NCBI GenBank assembly: GCA_046758965.1 | Contig: JBHIBG010000008.1 | Location: 2,910-66,909, forward strand | From: Candidatus Methylomirabilia bacterium | GTDB taxonomy: Bacteria > Methylomirabilota > Methylomirabilia > Rokubacteriales > CSP1-6 | Reading direction: 5' to 3' | DNA: 64,000 nucleotides | Shown here: positions 1 to 9,769 of the stretch, piece by piece | How the letters are laid out: each line of letters starts with the position of its first letter | Position numbering within the stretch: position 1 is the stretch's first letter | Notes under the pieces: model-generated | Databases searched by the model: none | Told to the model about the DNA's origin: nothing | What the model saw: the letters and a program-made list of their open reading frames with translations, nothing else | Program-made: the position numbers and the translations under genes

Positions 1-709
1 TGAGGCCCCAGAGCCGCGGGACGCTCGCGTAGTGAGCGTAGATGATCCGGTTGCTCAGCGTGATCAAGGCAGCGAGAAAAGTGTTCTGGAGGGCCGCGCC
101 GAGGACGTAGAAGATGCGGAAGCCGTAAGGAACAGCGCCTCGGGGCTGGGGCGCTGGATTGACCACGGGCCACCAGAAGAGGAGCCCCGTCAGGAAGAAA
201 CTCAGGTGTTCGACGTTGTGGGCGAGCTCGCTTTGAAGCGCGGCGTGGTACACGGCGGGGTGGTGCCATGCCCAGAGGTTCACCACGTAGAGGGCCCATG
301 CGCCTGGCATCCAGGTGAGCAGACGGAGCGCAGTGTAGCCTCGGCCGCCCGGGGCCATGAAGCGTCCCGCTCGCCGCCGGACCGGCTCGGGCAGCGCCCA
401 GAGGAAGACCGGCAGCGGATTGCCCAGGAGGAGCAGTGGCGGGGCGAACATGATCAGGAGCACATGCTGGGTCATGTGCATGAAGAACAGGAGCGCCGAG
501 AATGTGTCCAGGGGGGAGAGGAGCGCCACGGCCACCAGGAGGAGCCCAGCGTGGTAGCTGCAGAGCCGCCCGACGAGAGCAGTGCGAGGATCTGCGCGGC
601 ACATCCGCACCCATCCCACTGTGTAGCCAGCGCCCAGCGTCGTGAGGACCAGGAGGACATCCAGCCGCAAACCCCAGGAGCCCAGGAACGCCGCCAGCTG
701 AGCGCTCAT
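1..709 (-). CDS. Cytochrome c oxidase assembly factor, Caa3_CtaG family (3' end runs off the window)
   Basis: Not in the ORF track. Manual minus-strand translation from ATG at 709 gives MSAQLAAFLGSWGLRLDVLL...LLSPLDTFSALLFFMHMTQHVLLIMFAPPLLLLG...WAWHHPAVY...HNVEHLSFF: a multi-TM protein with the CtaG-type HMxQH and WHxP motifs. Confidence 0.8.
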   Translation of the reverse strand, partial: MSAQLAAFLGSWGLRLDVLLVLTTLGAGYTVGWVRMCRADPRTALVGRLCSYHAGLLLVAVALLSPLDTFSALLFFMHMTQHVLLIMFAPPLLLLGNPLPVFLWALPEPVRRRAGRFMAPGGRGYTALRLLTWMPGAWALYVVNLWAWHHPAVYHAALQSELAHNVEHLSFFLTGLLFWWPVVNPAPQPRGAVPYGFRIFYVLGAALQNTFLAALITLSNRIIYAHYASVPRLWGL

Positions 710-856
710 TCCGGCTACTCATCCATCTCAGCGATCGTGCTCGGAGCCGCGTAGCTGCATCGGGTTGGGGGATACGGCGATCAGTATACACCGGCAGCGG
801 CCCGGGACAGGCATGCCGCCGTCGCAACGGCTCTGCCGGGTATACTGTGAAGCAGC

Positions 857-1543
857 ATGCCTCGGGCTATCTTCTTCGACGCCGGTAACACGCTGCTTCA
901 GATCAACTACGGCGCCATCGTGGAGCAGCTCGGCCTTCACGGGATCCGCCTCGCGCCGGAGGCGGTGGCCCGGGCCGAGTACCGCGCCCGCGTCAGGCTG
1001 GACCCCCACCTCGCGCCCGGGGCCAGCACGGAGAGCCAGTCAGTGGCCGCGTACTACTTCCGGTACCTCGTGGAGGAGCTCGGGGTTGGCGACCCGGAGG
1101 TCATCGCAGCGATGGACCGGTGGCGCAGGAGCTACAACCTCCCGGTCGGGCCCTGGAACCAGCCGGATCCCGAGGCCGAGGCCGTGCTCCGCCGGCTCCG
1201 CGCTGAGCGCGTGGTGACCGGGGTGATTTCCAACTCGAACGGCTCGGTGCGGGCGATCCTGGAGGAGCTGGGGCTGGCGCCTTCCCTCGACTTCATCCTC
1301 GACTCCACTGTCGTCGGGGTGGAGAAGCCGGACCCCCGGATCTTCCGGCTGGCCCTGGAGGCGGCCGGGGTCAGCTCCGAGGAGGCGGTCCATATCGGGG
1401 ACCTCTATTCAGTGGATGTGGTGGGTGCCCGCGCAGCCGGGCTCGAAGCCATCCTGCTGGACCCGGGCGGGGTGTGGGGGGATCGCGACTGCCCTCTGGC
1501 GCCGACACTCGGCGAGGCCGTGGCGCTGGCCCTAGGAGGGTAA
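857..1543 (+). CDS. HAD-superfamily hydrolase (subfamily IA)
   Basis: FFDAGNTL motif I, ISNS motif II, EKPDPRIF and HIGDLYSVDVVGA motifs III/IV. Confidence 0.9.
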   Translation: MPRAIFFDAGNTLLQINYGAIVEQLGLHGIRLAPEAVARAEYRARVRLDPHLAPGASTESQSVAAYYFRYLVEELGVGDPEVIAAMDRWRRSYNLPVGPWNQPDPEAEAVLRRLRAERVVTGVISNSNGSVRAILEELGLAPSLDFILDSTVVGVEKPDPRIFRLALEAAGVSSEEAVHIGDLYSVDVVGARAAGLEAILLDPGGVWGDRDCPLAPTLGEAVALALGG

Positions 1544-2911
1544 GGTCACAAACGGGTAGCGGGCGAGGGCGCCGAAGACAACCCGCTTCATCTCCCGGAA
1601 CTCTTCCTTGCTCCTCGCCTCGAAGCGGAGGGTGAGATACGGGTTGGTGTTGGAGGCGCGCACCAGGGCCCACCCGCCGGGGAAGAGGATCCGCGCTCCG
1701 TCGATGTCGATGGTCTCATACGTCGCCTTGAATTCCCTGACCAGCTCCTCCACGACCCGAAACTTCTCCTCGTCGGGGCAGGGGGCTTTGAGCTCAGGGG
1801 TCGCGTGGAGATGGGGGAGCGCCGCGAAATGGGCCGAGACCGGCTCCGGCATTCTCGAGGCGATCTCGATGATCTTCGCCGCGGCGAGGATCCCGTCATC
1901 CACCCCGTAGTAGTCCTCGCCGAAGAACATGTGGCCGCTCACCTCGCCTCCCAACAGGATCCTGTCCTCCCGCATCTTGCGCTTGAGGTGCGAGTGGCCG
2001 GTCTTGTACATGACCGGGACGCCTCCGTGGGCTTGGATGTCGTCGACGAGGAGCTGGGAGGACTTCACGTCGAAGAGCACCCGTTCTCCGGGGTGTCGGG
2101 CGAGGAAATCCCGGGCGAGGAGCATCAGGACGAGGTCAGCCTCGTGCCGGCGCCCTTGCTCGTCCACCAGCCCCATCCGGTCCGCGTCGCCGTCCAAGGC
2201 AATCCCGAGGTCGGCGCGCTCAGCCACGACCCGGGCCTGGAGGTCCCGCGTATTGGCCTCCATCTCGGGGTCGGGGAGATGGTGGGGGAAGCGGCCGTCC
2301 AGCTCGCAGTAGAGCTCCACCACCTCGCAGCCGAGCCGGCGAAAGAGCTCGGGCGCATAGCGGCCGGCCACGCCGTTGCCGGCATCCACCACGACCTTCA
2401 GCTGGCGGGCCGGCTTGACCCGGCTCACGATGGTGGCGAAGTAGTCCTCTCGGGGATCCTGCTCGCGAACGCTCCCGGAGCCGCTTTCGAACTCTCCGGC
2501 CTCGATCGTCGTGCGGAGGGACTGGATCTCGTCCTCGGTGAGCGGGAGCGCGCCGGCGTGGACCATCTTCACCCCGTTGTACTCGATGGGGTTGTGGCTG
2601 CCGGTGACGTTGGCTCCGCCCTCCAGCTTCCAGTGGGCGGTGGCGAAGTAGAGCACGGGAGTGGGGCTGAGCCCGATCTCCACGATGGAGACCCCGGCCG
2701 CCCGCACGCCTTCGGCGAAGCCGGCCCGAAGCTCGGCCGAGGAGAGGCGGTTGTCCTGACCGAGAGCGATGGTCCGTCCGCCTGTGCGCCGGATCAGGCT
2801 CCCGTAGGCGTGGCCGATCAGGCGGAACACCTCGGGCGTGACATCCCCTCCCACGGTGCCGCGGACATCATAGGCCCGGAAGATGTGGGGGTTGACGCGA
2901 CGGCCTGCCAT
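1532..2911 (-). CDS. Phosphomannomutase/phosphoglucomutase (AlgC-like)
   Basis: IFRAYDVRG N-terminus, TGSHNP phosphoserine loop, DGDADR metal loop, GEVSGH, RASNTNP. Confidence 0.95.
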   Translation of the reverse strand: MAGRRVNPHIFRAYDVRGTVGGDVTPEVFRLIGHAYGSLIRRTGGRTIALGQDNRLSSAELRAGFAEGVRAAGVSIVEIGLSPTPVLYFATAHWKLEGGANVTGSHNPIEYNGVKMVHAGALPLTEDEIQSLRTTIEAGEFESGSGSVREQDPREDYFATIVSRVKPARQLKVVVDAGNGVAGRYAPELFRRLGCEVVELYCELDGRFPHHLPDPEMEANTRDLQARVVAERADLGIALDGDADRMGLVDEQGRRHEADLVLMLLARDFLARHPGERVLFDVKSSQLLVDDIQAHGGVPVMYKTGHSHLKRKMREDRILLGGEVSGHMFFGEDYYGVDDGILAAAKIIEIASRMPEPVSAHFAALPHLHATPELKAPCPDEEKFRVVEELVREFKATYETIDIDGARILFPGGWALVRASNTNPYLTLRFEARSKEEFREMKRVVFGALARYPFVTLPS

Positions 2912-2961
2912 AGCTTCAGTGTAACCCGGCTCCCACCCGGAGCCGCTCGATCAATGCGGCC

Positions 2962-4065
2962 TCATCCCCGCAACAGCAGCACGCCGCGGAGGTTCGCGCC
3001 GCTCTTGAGGTCCTCGAATGCGCGATTGACTTCCTCGAGGGGGTAGGTCCGCGTCACCATCTCGTCGAGCTTGAGCTTGCCGGCCTTGTAGAGCCGCAGG
3101 AGCATCGGCATGTCCAGCTGCGGACGGGCCGAGCCGTAGCAGGAGCCGAGCACCGCCTTTTCCTGAAGCACGAGGATCAGGTGCGGAACGGCGATCTGGG
3201 CTGCCGGGGACGCGATCCCGATTACGATCACCTTCCCTCCCCGCCTCACCGCGTCGAAGGCGTGGCTGACCACCTCGGGATTGCCGATCGCCTCAAAGGC
3301 GTAGTCCGAGCCACGCCCGCCGGTGAGGGTCCGGATTTCTCTGGCGGCATCTCCGCCTTTCGCGTTGACGGTGTGGGTCGCGCCGAGCCGCCTGGCAGCC
3401 TCCAGCTTGGAGTCCACGAGGTCCACGGCGATGATGGGGTCGGCGCCGGCGATCCGAGCCCCCTGGACCACTGAGCACCCCACCCCTCCGGCCCCGAAGA
3501 CCGCCACGCTGGCCCCGGGCTCGACCCTGGCTGTGTTGAACACCGCGCCGACGCCGGTGGTGACAGCGCACCCGACCAGGGCCGCTCTGTCCAGGGGGAT
3601 GTCGTGGTCAACCGGGATCGCGCCGCTCTCGGGGACCACGGCGTATTCGGCCATTGAGGCGGTCTGGGTCATGTGGAAGAGCTCCTGGTCCTTCCAGCGG
3701 AGGCGTCTCGTGCCATCCAGCATGGCGCCGGCCAGGCTCATCTGGCTCGCCAGATCGCAGAGGTACGGCTCGCCCCCCCGGCAGTCGGCGCAGCCGCCGC
3801 ACGCGGGACGCCAGGAGAGGACCACGTGGTCGCCTGGTTTCATGCTGGCGACGTTCGGCCCGACGGCCTCCACCACGCCAGCCCCCTCGTGGCCCAGCAC
3901 GATGGGGGTGGGGAGTGGGAGGGTGCCGTCGATCACCGAGAGGTCCGAGTGGCAGACCCCGCTGGCCACGATCCTCACCAGCACTTCGTTCGTCTTGGGC
4001 GGTTCGAGCTGGACCTCATCGACCACCAGCGAACTGTTCCGTTCGCGCAGAATCGCCGCCTTCAT
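2962..4065 (-). CDS. Zn-dependent alcohol dehydrogenase (MDR, class III-like)
   Basis: GVCHSD, GHEGAG, structural Zn CGGCADC...C, GAGGVG NAD-binding motif. Start placed at MKAAILRE (ATG 4065). Confidence 0.92.
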   Translation of the reverse strand: MKAAILRERNSSLVVDEVQLEPPKTNEVLVRIVASGVCHSDLSVIDGTLPLPTPIVLGHEGAGVVEAVGPNVASMKPGDHVVLSWRPACGGCADCRGGEPYLCDLASQMSLAGAMLDGTRRLRWKDQELFHMTQTASMAEYAVVPESGAIPVDHDIPLDRAALVGCAVTTGVGAVFNTARVEPGASVAVFGAGGVGCSVVQGARIAGADPIIAVDLVDSKLEAARRLGATHTVNAKGGDAAREIRTLTGGRGSDYAFEAIGNPEVVSHAFDAVRRGGKVIVIGIASPAAQIAVPHLILVLQEKAVLGSCYGSARPQLDMPMLLRLYKAGKLKLDEMVTRTYPLEEVNRAFEDLKSGANLRGVLLLRG

Positions 4066-4193
4066 ATTGCCGGGCTCCGTTCCGATGGGGTATGGTGAAA
4101 CCAGCGGCTCTACGCTAGGGCTCGCGGGGCTCCGAGTCAATCCCCCGGTGGCGAGGCTCCGATCGAGTGGACGGATGAAACAGGGAGAATCCC

Positions 4194-4916
4194 ATGACGA
4201 AGGAGTTCGTGCTGGTCCACGGGGCTTGCCATGGCGCCTGGTGTTGGGAGGCCGTGGCCGAGAAGCTCTCGGCCCGGGGCCACCGGGTCGTGGCCATGGA
4301 CCTCCCGGGCCACGGCCGCCGGGCTAGCGAGCGCGCCCGGGCCTCGCTGCAGAGCTACGCCCGCGCGGTCCTGGATGCCATGGCTCTGGAGGGGATCAGC
4401 CGTGGGATCGTCGTGGGGCACTCGATGGCCGGGTTGGTGATCCCGAAGGTGGCGGAGCTGGCTCCGGAGCGAGTGGCCCACCTGGTCTTTGTGGCTTCCG
4501 TGGTCGTGCCGCACGGTGGAAATCTCTTCGAAACCCACTTGACCCCCCCGACCTCGACGATGATGCAGGGATTGGCCCGGGGCAGAGGGAACGGCAGCTA
4601 CCACTATTCGGCAGAGACGGCCTGGGCCCGGTGGATGAATGACCTGCCGCGTCATCACCCGGCTGTCCAGGCTGCTTTGCCGCGGCTCACTCCTCAACCT
4701 CTCCGCCCGTGGCTGGAGCGGCTCGACCTCAAGCGCTTCTACGCCATGACGGTTCCCCGGACATACATCCGGTGCCTCAAGGATGTGGCGGTGACGCCGG
4801 AGCAAGCCCTCGGCTATGCTCAACGGCTGGGCGTGACACCCCTTGACATGGCCGCGGCCCACGACGTGATGCTCTCGGCGCCGGAGGCGGTGGCGCGGGT
4901 TCTGGACCGCATATAG
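4194..4916 (+). CDS. Alpha/beta hydrolase (methylesterase-like)
   Basis: LVHGACHGAWCW, DLPGHG, GHSMAG nucleophile elbow, C-terminal AHDVMLSAP. RBS GGAG upstream. Confidence 0.9.
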   Translation: MTKEFVLVHGACHGAWCWEAVAEKLSARGHRVVAMDLPGHGRRASERARASLQSYARAVLDAMALEGISRGIVVGHSMAGLVIPKVAELAPERVAHLVFVASVVVPHGGNLFETHLTPPTSTMMQGLARGRGNGSYHYSAETAWARWMNDLPRHHPAVQAALPRLTPQPLRPWLERLDLKRFYAMTVPRTYIRCLKDVAVTPEQALGYAQRLGVTPLDMAAAHDVMLSAPEAVARVLDRI

Positions 4917-4926
4917 GGAGACGACC

Positions 4927-5079
4927 ATGACCGACGACCTGAAGGCCCTGAAAGAGAGGACCCAGAAGACAGCCGAGGTGATCTTCCAGATGCTGGTGTA
5001 CGGCGGCGCCCCCGTGATGGTCGACGGGCTCCGGGTGGCCAAGCGAGTGCTCCAGGAACGAGGCGAGTGGAAGGATTAA
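4927..5079 (+). pseudogene. 50-aa ORF resembling an internally deleted CMD/AhpD-family gene
   Basis: MTDDLKALKERTQKTAEVIFQMLVYGGAPVMVDGLRVAKRVLQERGEWKD with RBS GGGAG. EVIFQMLVYGGAP resembles the C-terminal CMD helix motif. Confidence 0.5.
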
Positions 5080-5102
5080 TATGGAGAGCCAGGAGCGAGA
5101 CC

Positions 5103-6299
5103 ATGGATTTCTCGGACACCGATCGCGAAGAGGGGTTCCGGCGGGAGCTCCGGGAGTGGCTGGAGGTCAACCTCGCCGAGCACCGACGGCAGTTCCGACC
5201 CTCCGACGATGAGCTGACGCTCCACCCGGACAGGTCCTTCGACTCGAGCCTGGCCTGGCACAAGCGGATGCAGGCGGGGGGCTGGGTCGGGATCCACTGG
5301 CCGAAGGAGTACGGGGGGCGGGGCGCGAGCCTCCTCGAGCAGATGACCTTCACCGAGGAGCTGATCGCGGCCGGCGTCCCGCCGGGGGTCAACATGATCG
5401 GCCTCACTCTGGTGGGGCCGGCGATCATCACGCACGGCACGGAGGAGCAGCGCCGGCGCCGCCTCTCCCCCATTCTCTCCGCTGACGAGATCTGGTGCCA
5501 GGGCTTCTCCGAGCCGGGCGCGGGGAGCGACCTGGCCAACCTCTCCACGCGCGCGGTGGAGGACGGCGATCACTTCATCGTCTCCGGGCAGAAGGTCTGG
5601 ATCTCGAACGCCCACCGGTCGCACTTGTGCATCCTCCTGGCGCGGACCGATCCCCAGGCGCCGAAGCACAAAGGGATCTCCTGCCTCCTCATGGAGATGA
5701 AGAGCCCTGGAATCACGATCCGCCCATTGGTCCAGATCACCGGGGACGCCGAGTTCAACGAAGTGTTCTTTGATCACGTCCGGGTGCCGAAGGCGAACCT
5801 CCTGGGGCCGAAGAACGGCGGGTGGGGGGTGGCCATCACCGTGCTCATGCACGAGCGGATGGCGATTGGCAGCACCGTGATCCTCCATCACTACATCCAA
5901 CGCCTGCTGGACCTGGCCCGTCGCCAGCCGCGCCAGGGGGCTGTCGCCGCTGCTGATCCTCACCTCCGCCAGGAGCTGGCGCAGATCTATCTGGAGGGGC
6001 GGGCGCTCCGTCTCACCGGACTCCGGTACATCACCCGGCAGCTTCGCGGCGAGCCCCCTGGACCGGAGGGGTCGGTCCTGAAGCTGACGCTGACCGAGAC
6101 GTACAAGAAGATGGCCGAGGCAGCCGCCCGGATCGTGGGCCCGTACCACCAGCTTTGGAAAGGGGCCGACTGGGCGCCGGAGGGAGGCCGCTGGGCGTTT
6201 CAGGCGCTCTTCGCCCACCGCTTCGGGATCGCCGGCGGCACCACCGAAATCCAGAAGAACATCATCGGCGAGCGCATCCTCGGTCTCCCGAAGGGATAG
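5103..6299 (+). CDS. Acyl-CoA dehydrogenase (FadE-type)
   Basis: WCQGFSEPGAGSDLA, GQKVWIS, FNEVFFD, IAGGTTEIQKNIIGERILGLP. Start at MDFS (5103). Confidence 0.93.
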   Translation: MDFSDTDREEGFRRELREWLEVNLAEHRRQFRPSDDELTLHPDRSFDSSLAWHKRMQAGGWVGIHWPKEYGGRGASLLEQMTFTEELIAAGVPPGVNMIGLTLVGPAIITHGTEEQRRRRLSPILSADEIWCQGFSEPGAGSDLANLSTRAVEDGDHFIVSGQKVWISNAHRSHLCILLARTDPQAPKHKGISCLLMEMKSPGITIRPLVQITGDAEFNEVFFDHVRVPKANLLGPKNGGWGVAITVLMHERMAIGSTVILHHYIQRLLDLARRQPRQGAVAAADPHLRQELAQIYLEGRALRLTGLRYITRQLRGEPPGPEGSVLKLTLTETYKKMAEAAARIVGPYHQLWKGADWAPEGGRWAFQALFAHRFGIAGGTTEIQKNIIGERILGLPKG

Positions 6300-6428
6300 C
6301 CATGGCGCAGACTCCTCCGTGCAGGCTTCGCGAGCTGGACCTTGTCCGCGAGGAATGCCCTCACGATCCCGCGCAGGGGCTCGCGCCGGAGGACAACTCG
6401 CTCGAACACGTGGTGGGGGGAGGAGCAG

Positions 6429-7187
6429 TTGGATAAAGTCCTGGGAGTGGCGATCGAGGCGGCGCGCGCGGCGGGGGAGGTGGCCCTCAGGTACTACCGG
6501 GGCGGATTCGAAGTCACCATCAAACCAGACCGGAGTCCTGTGACTCAGGCGGACCGGGAGGCTGAGCAGGTCATCGTCGAAACCTTGACGGCAGCGTTCC
6601 CCGAGTATGGGTTCCTCGGCGAAGAGTTCGGCGCGCGAGGGAACAGCCAGGTCCGTTGGATCATCGACCCCATCGACGGCACGAGAAATTTTGTTCGCCG
6701 TATCCCGTTGTGGGGCGTGCTGATCGCGCTGGAGGAGCACGGAGAGGTCACGGCCGGCGTGGTGCTGAACCCCGTCACCGGCGATCTTTACACGGCGCAG
6801 AAGGGGGAGGGGGCCTTTGCCAACGGCGAGCGCCTCCGCGTTTCGGAGATTTCAGCACTGGAGAGCGGACTCCTGGTCCATGCGAGCCTCAACCTCCTTC
6901 GCCAGGGGGATCACTGGGAGGGGTTCGTCCGGCTGGTCGACGTCACCGCCAGGCAGCGCGGTTTCGGTGACTACCTGGACTATGTGCTCCTGGCTGAAGG
7001 GAAAGCGGAGATCGCGGTGGAGGTGGACCTCAAGCCGTGGGACCTGGCTCCCGTGAGGATTCTGATCGAGGAGGCGGGGGGTCGGCTCACTGATTTCGCG
7101 GGGAAACCTACGATCTACTCGGGGACGGCCCTGGCGACCAACGGCGTCCTCCACGACAGAGCGCTCGCCGTCCTCAACGGCAGGTAG
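6429..7187 (+). CDS. Inositol monophosphatase family protein (histidinol-phosphate phosphatase HisN-like)
   Basis: SPVTQADREAE, GEEFG, WIIDPIDGTRNF, KPWDLA. TTG start after GGAG RBS; start uncertain. Confidence 0.88.
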   Translation: MDKVLGVAIEAARAAGEVALRYYRGGFEVTIKPDRSPVTQADREAEQVIVETLTAAFPEYGFLGEEFGARGNSQVRWIIDPIDGTRNFVRRIPLWGVLIALEEHGEVTAGVVLNPVTGDLYTAQKGEGAFANGERLRVSEISALESGLLVHASLNLLRQGDHWEGFVRLVDVTARQRGFGDYLDYVLLAEGKAEIAVEVDLKPWDLAPVRILIEEAGGRLTDFAGKPTIYSGTALATNGVLHDRALAVLNGR

Positions 7188-7189
7188 CG

Positions 7190-8602
7190 GTGCGACGGCG
7201 CACGCTCCGATTTGATCGCGGCTCGCTGCGGCTGAACGCGCCCCGGACCGCGCGCGTCCCGGCCTATCTCACGTGGGACGAGCGCGTCCAGGCCTGGCGC
7301 ACGGAGGCCGTGAACCACCCGCGGCTCCGCGAGGATTGCGCTGCCTACCGCCTGGTGCTCCGCGACGAGGCCGAGCGGTTCTTCGACTGCCCGCCCCTTC
7401 GACCCGACCTGCCACCCCTGCGGCCGGACCAGGAGGCAGCCATCGCCGTCTGGGAGCGGGCGGGCCGGCGCGGCCTCATCGTCAAGCCCACCGGCACGGG
7501 AAAGACCGAGATCGCGCTGGCCATCATCGCCCGTCATCGAGTCTCGGCCCTGATCGTTTCTCCGCTGCGCGACCTGATGTATCAGTGGCAGCGGCGGATC
7601 AGGCAGGGGCTGGGATTCGACGCCGGCGTGCTGGGCGATGGCCGGCGGGAAGTCTGGCCGATCACGGTCACGACGTACGACAGCGCCTATATCCACATGA
7701 AGGAGATCGGCAACCGTTACCGGCTCATCGTCTACGACGAGGCGCACCACCTGCCGGGGCCGACGCTGCACGAGAGCGCCCTCGACTGCCTGGCCCCCAT
7801 GCGGCTCGGGCTCACGGCGACCCCGTATCGCGCCGACGGCAGCGACCGGATGCTGGCGGAGCTGATCGGGCCCGCCGTCTTCGAAGAGCGGATCTCGCAG
7901 GCCCGGGGCAAGACCCTGGCGAACTACTCGATCGTCCGCGTGCCGATCTACCTGACGGAGGAGGAGCAGGCCGAGTTCGACGACCTCTCCCGGAGGATCC
8001 GCGCCTACGTGGCGCGGCGGAGCCGCGAGGGCGGGAGCTTCGACTGGAAGGAGGACCTCGCCAAGCTCTCGCGCACCGATTCCGAGGCCAAGGAGATTCT
8101 CCGCTGCTACCGCCGGAAGCTCGCCCTCACCCACCGATCATCCGAGAAGCTCCGCGTGGTGGAGGACATCCTGCGGCTTCACCCGACCGACCAGTGCGTG
8201 ATTTTCACCGCCTCCAACCGGATGGCCCTGGACGTGTCGGCGCGCTTCCTGATCCCCGCCCTGACAGCCCACTCCGACAAGCGGGAGCGGAACGCCGTGC
8301 TCGACGCCTTCGCCGATGGCAGGATGCGTGCCCTGGCCGCCTGCGAGGTGTTGAACGAGGGGTGGGATGCCCCCGCGCTCAAGGTCGGGGTGGTGCTCGG
8401 AGGCGAGAGGGGCATGCGGGAGGCTGTCCAGCGGCTCGGACGGCTCCTTCGCAGATCGGGAGATCGCTCGGCCCGCCTCTACGAGGTCGTGGTCCAGGAG
8501 ACGCCTGAGGTGGCGAGGGCCCGGCGCCGCTCTCGGACCGATGCTTACCAAAGAGCTACGCGTCTACGAGTGGGACAGGCCAGCCAGCTCGATCTCTTCT
8601 GA
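7190..8602 (+). CDS. SF2 helicase, XPB/Ssl2-like
   Basis: LRPDQ Q-motif, PTGTGKT Walker A, DEAHH, GLTATP, LNEGWDAP, QRLGRLLR, LYEVV. Confidence 0.88.
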   Translation: MRRRTLRFDRGSLRLNAPRTARVPAYLTWDERVQAWRTEAVNHPRLREDCAAYRLVLRDEAERFFDCPPLRPDLPPLRPDQEAAIAVWERAGRRGLIVKPTGTGKTEIALAIIARHRVSALIVSPLRDLMYQWQRRIRQGLGFDAGVLGDGRREVWPITVTTYDSAYIHMKEIGNRYRLIVYDEAHHLPGPTLHESALDCLAPMRLGLTATPYRADGSDRMLAELIGPAVFEERISQARGKTLANYSIVRVPIYLTEEEQAEFDDLSRRIRAYVARRSREGGSFDWKEDLAKLSRTDSEAKEILRCYRRKLALTHRSSEKLRVVEDILRLHPTDQCVIFTASNRMALDVSARFLIPALTAHSDKRERNAVLDAFADGRMRALAACEVLNEGWDAPALKVGVVLGGERGMREAVQRLGRLLRRSGDRSARLYEVVVQETPEVARARRRSRTDAYQRATRLRVGQASQLDLF

Positions 8603-9722
8603 TCGGCTGGAAGACGACTGCCTGCCGCACCTCGCCCGGACCATCGCGGTCTACCGCGGGATGATCGGGGAGTCGAGAGGTCGCGTCCGGAACGCGGCCC
8701 GCGCCGCCCTCGAGGGCCTCCGGCCCGATCGGGTCGAGGCGGCCATCAAGCTCCTCGACGAGGCGGCCACTTACGACTGGCCGCGGGGCGGGCGCCAGGC
8801 CGAGCGGCGGCTCAGAGTGTTCGAGGCCGCGAGTCGCGAGCACCCTGTGCTCGAGCGGAAGCAGGCCAGGCGCCTCCTGCGCATGGCCCTCGACGCGGCG
8901 CCCGACCGACACGACGGAGTTGTCGCCCACCTCTATGCCGACTATCCCGAGTTTCACTCGCTCCGGGCGTTTCCCGCGGATTACTCGGCCCAGGCGCTCC
9001 GGGCGGACTATGACCTGGCCCAGGCCCAGGCCCTTCTGTATTCCGCCACGGAGGTCGCGGTCGACGCGCGGGCTGACTTCAAGCACATCGTGCGGTATGC
9101 GCGGCTCTCCCGCCTGCTGCACCGGATCCAACGCCGGCGGGAGGGCAGCTACCGGATCATCTTCGACGGACCCAACTCCGTGCTGCGGCACACCCATGCC
9201 TACGGCGTCGATTTCGCCAAGTTCCTGGCCGCTCTCGTCCAGGCGCGGGGCTGGCGGATGACGGCCGAGATCGTGCTCCGGAAGGGGTGGCGGCCGTTCA
9301 CATTTACCCTCTCGGCGGCTGACGGCTTGCGCTCGCGAGTCCCTGCCCCCGTGCTGTTCGATTCCGCGCTGGAGGAGACGTTCGCCCGCAAGTTCGGTGC
9401 GGAGCGCGGCGGGTGGCGACTGGGGCGTGAGGCCGCCATCCTCGAGGCGGGGGAGGCCCTCCTCATCCCCGATTTCGTCTTTACCCACGAGGATGGCACC
9501 GAAGTGGCGCTGGAGATCGTGGGCTACTGGACTCCAGAGTACCTGAAGGAGAAACTTGGGAAGCTCGCCGAGGTCAAGCGCGTAGCCCTCATCGTCGCGG
9601 TCAGGAAGTCGCTTGCCCTCCAGGTGGGGACCCTGCCGGCCGCCGTCCTGCCGTACACGACCGGCATCCTGCTGCGCGATCTCATGCCCCGGCTCGAGGC
9701 GTTCAGAGATCGCCAGCCATAG
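8541..9722 (+). CDS. DUF790 / Bax1-like endonuclease
   Basis: MLTKEL start, YDLAQAQALLYSA, DGPNSVLRHTHAYGVDFAKFL, FDSALEETF, IPDFVF...LEIVGYWTPEYL (PD-(D/E)xK-like C-terminus). Overlaps the helicase 3' end. Confidence 0.85.
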   Translation: MLTKELRVYEWDRPASSISSDRLEDDCLPHLARTIAVYRGMIGESRGRVRNAARAALEGLRPDRVEAAIKLLDEAATYDWPRGGRQAERRLRVFEAASREHPVLERKQARRLLRMALDAAPDRHDGVVAHLYADYPEFHSLRAFPADYSAQALRADYDLAQAQALLYSATEVAVDARADFKHIVRYARLSRLLHRIQRRREGSYRIIFDGPNSVLRHTHAYGVDFAKFLAALVQARGWRMTAEIVLRKGWRPFTFTLSAADGLRSRVPAPVLFDSALEETFARKFGAERGGWRLGREAAILEAGEALLIPDFVFTHEDGTEVALEIVGYWTPEYLKEKLGKLAEVKRVALIVAVRKSLALQVGTLPAAVLPYTTGILLRDLMPRLEAFRDRQP

Positions 9723-9755
9723 GCCGAAGCCTCAAACTCAATCTGGCCAGTTTCG
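9720..9755. repeat. 36-bp direct repeat, copy 1
   Basis: TAGGCCGAAGCCTCAAACTCAATCTGGCCAGTTTCG; 35/36 identical to 14035-14070; begins with the DUF790 stop codon. Confidence 0.95.
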
Positions 9756-9769
9756 CCCAATAGCAACAG

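Noticed and set aside
32-754. 240-aa plus-strand ORF in the track
   Set aside because: Antisense shadow of the minus-strand CtaG-like membrane protein, which has recognisable motifs.
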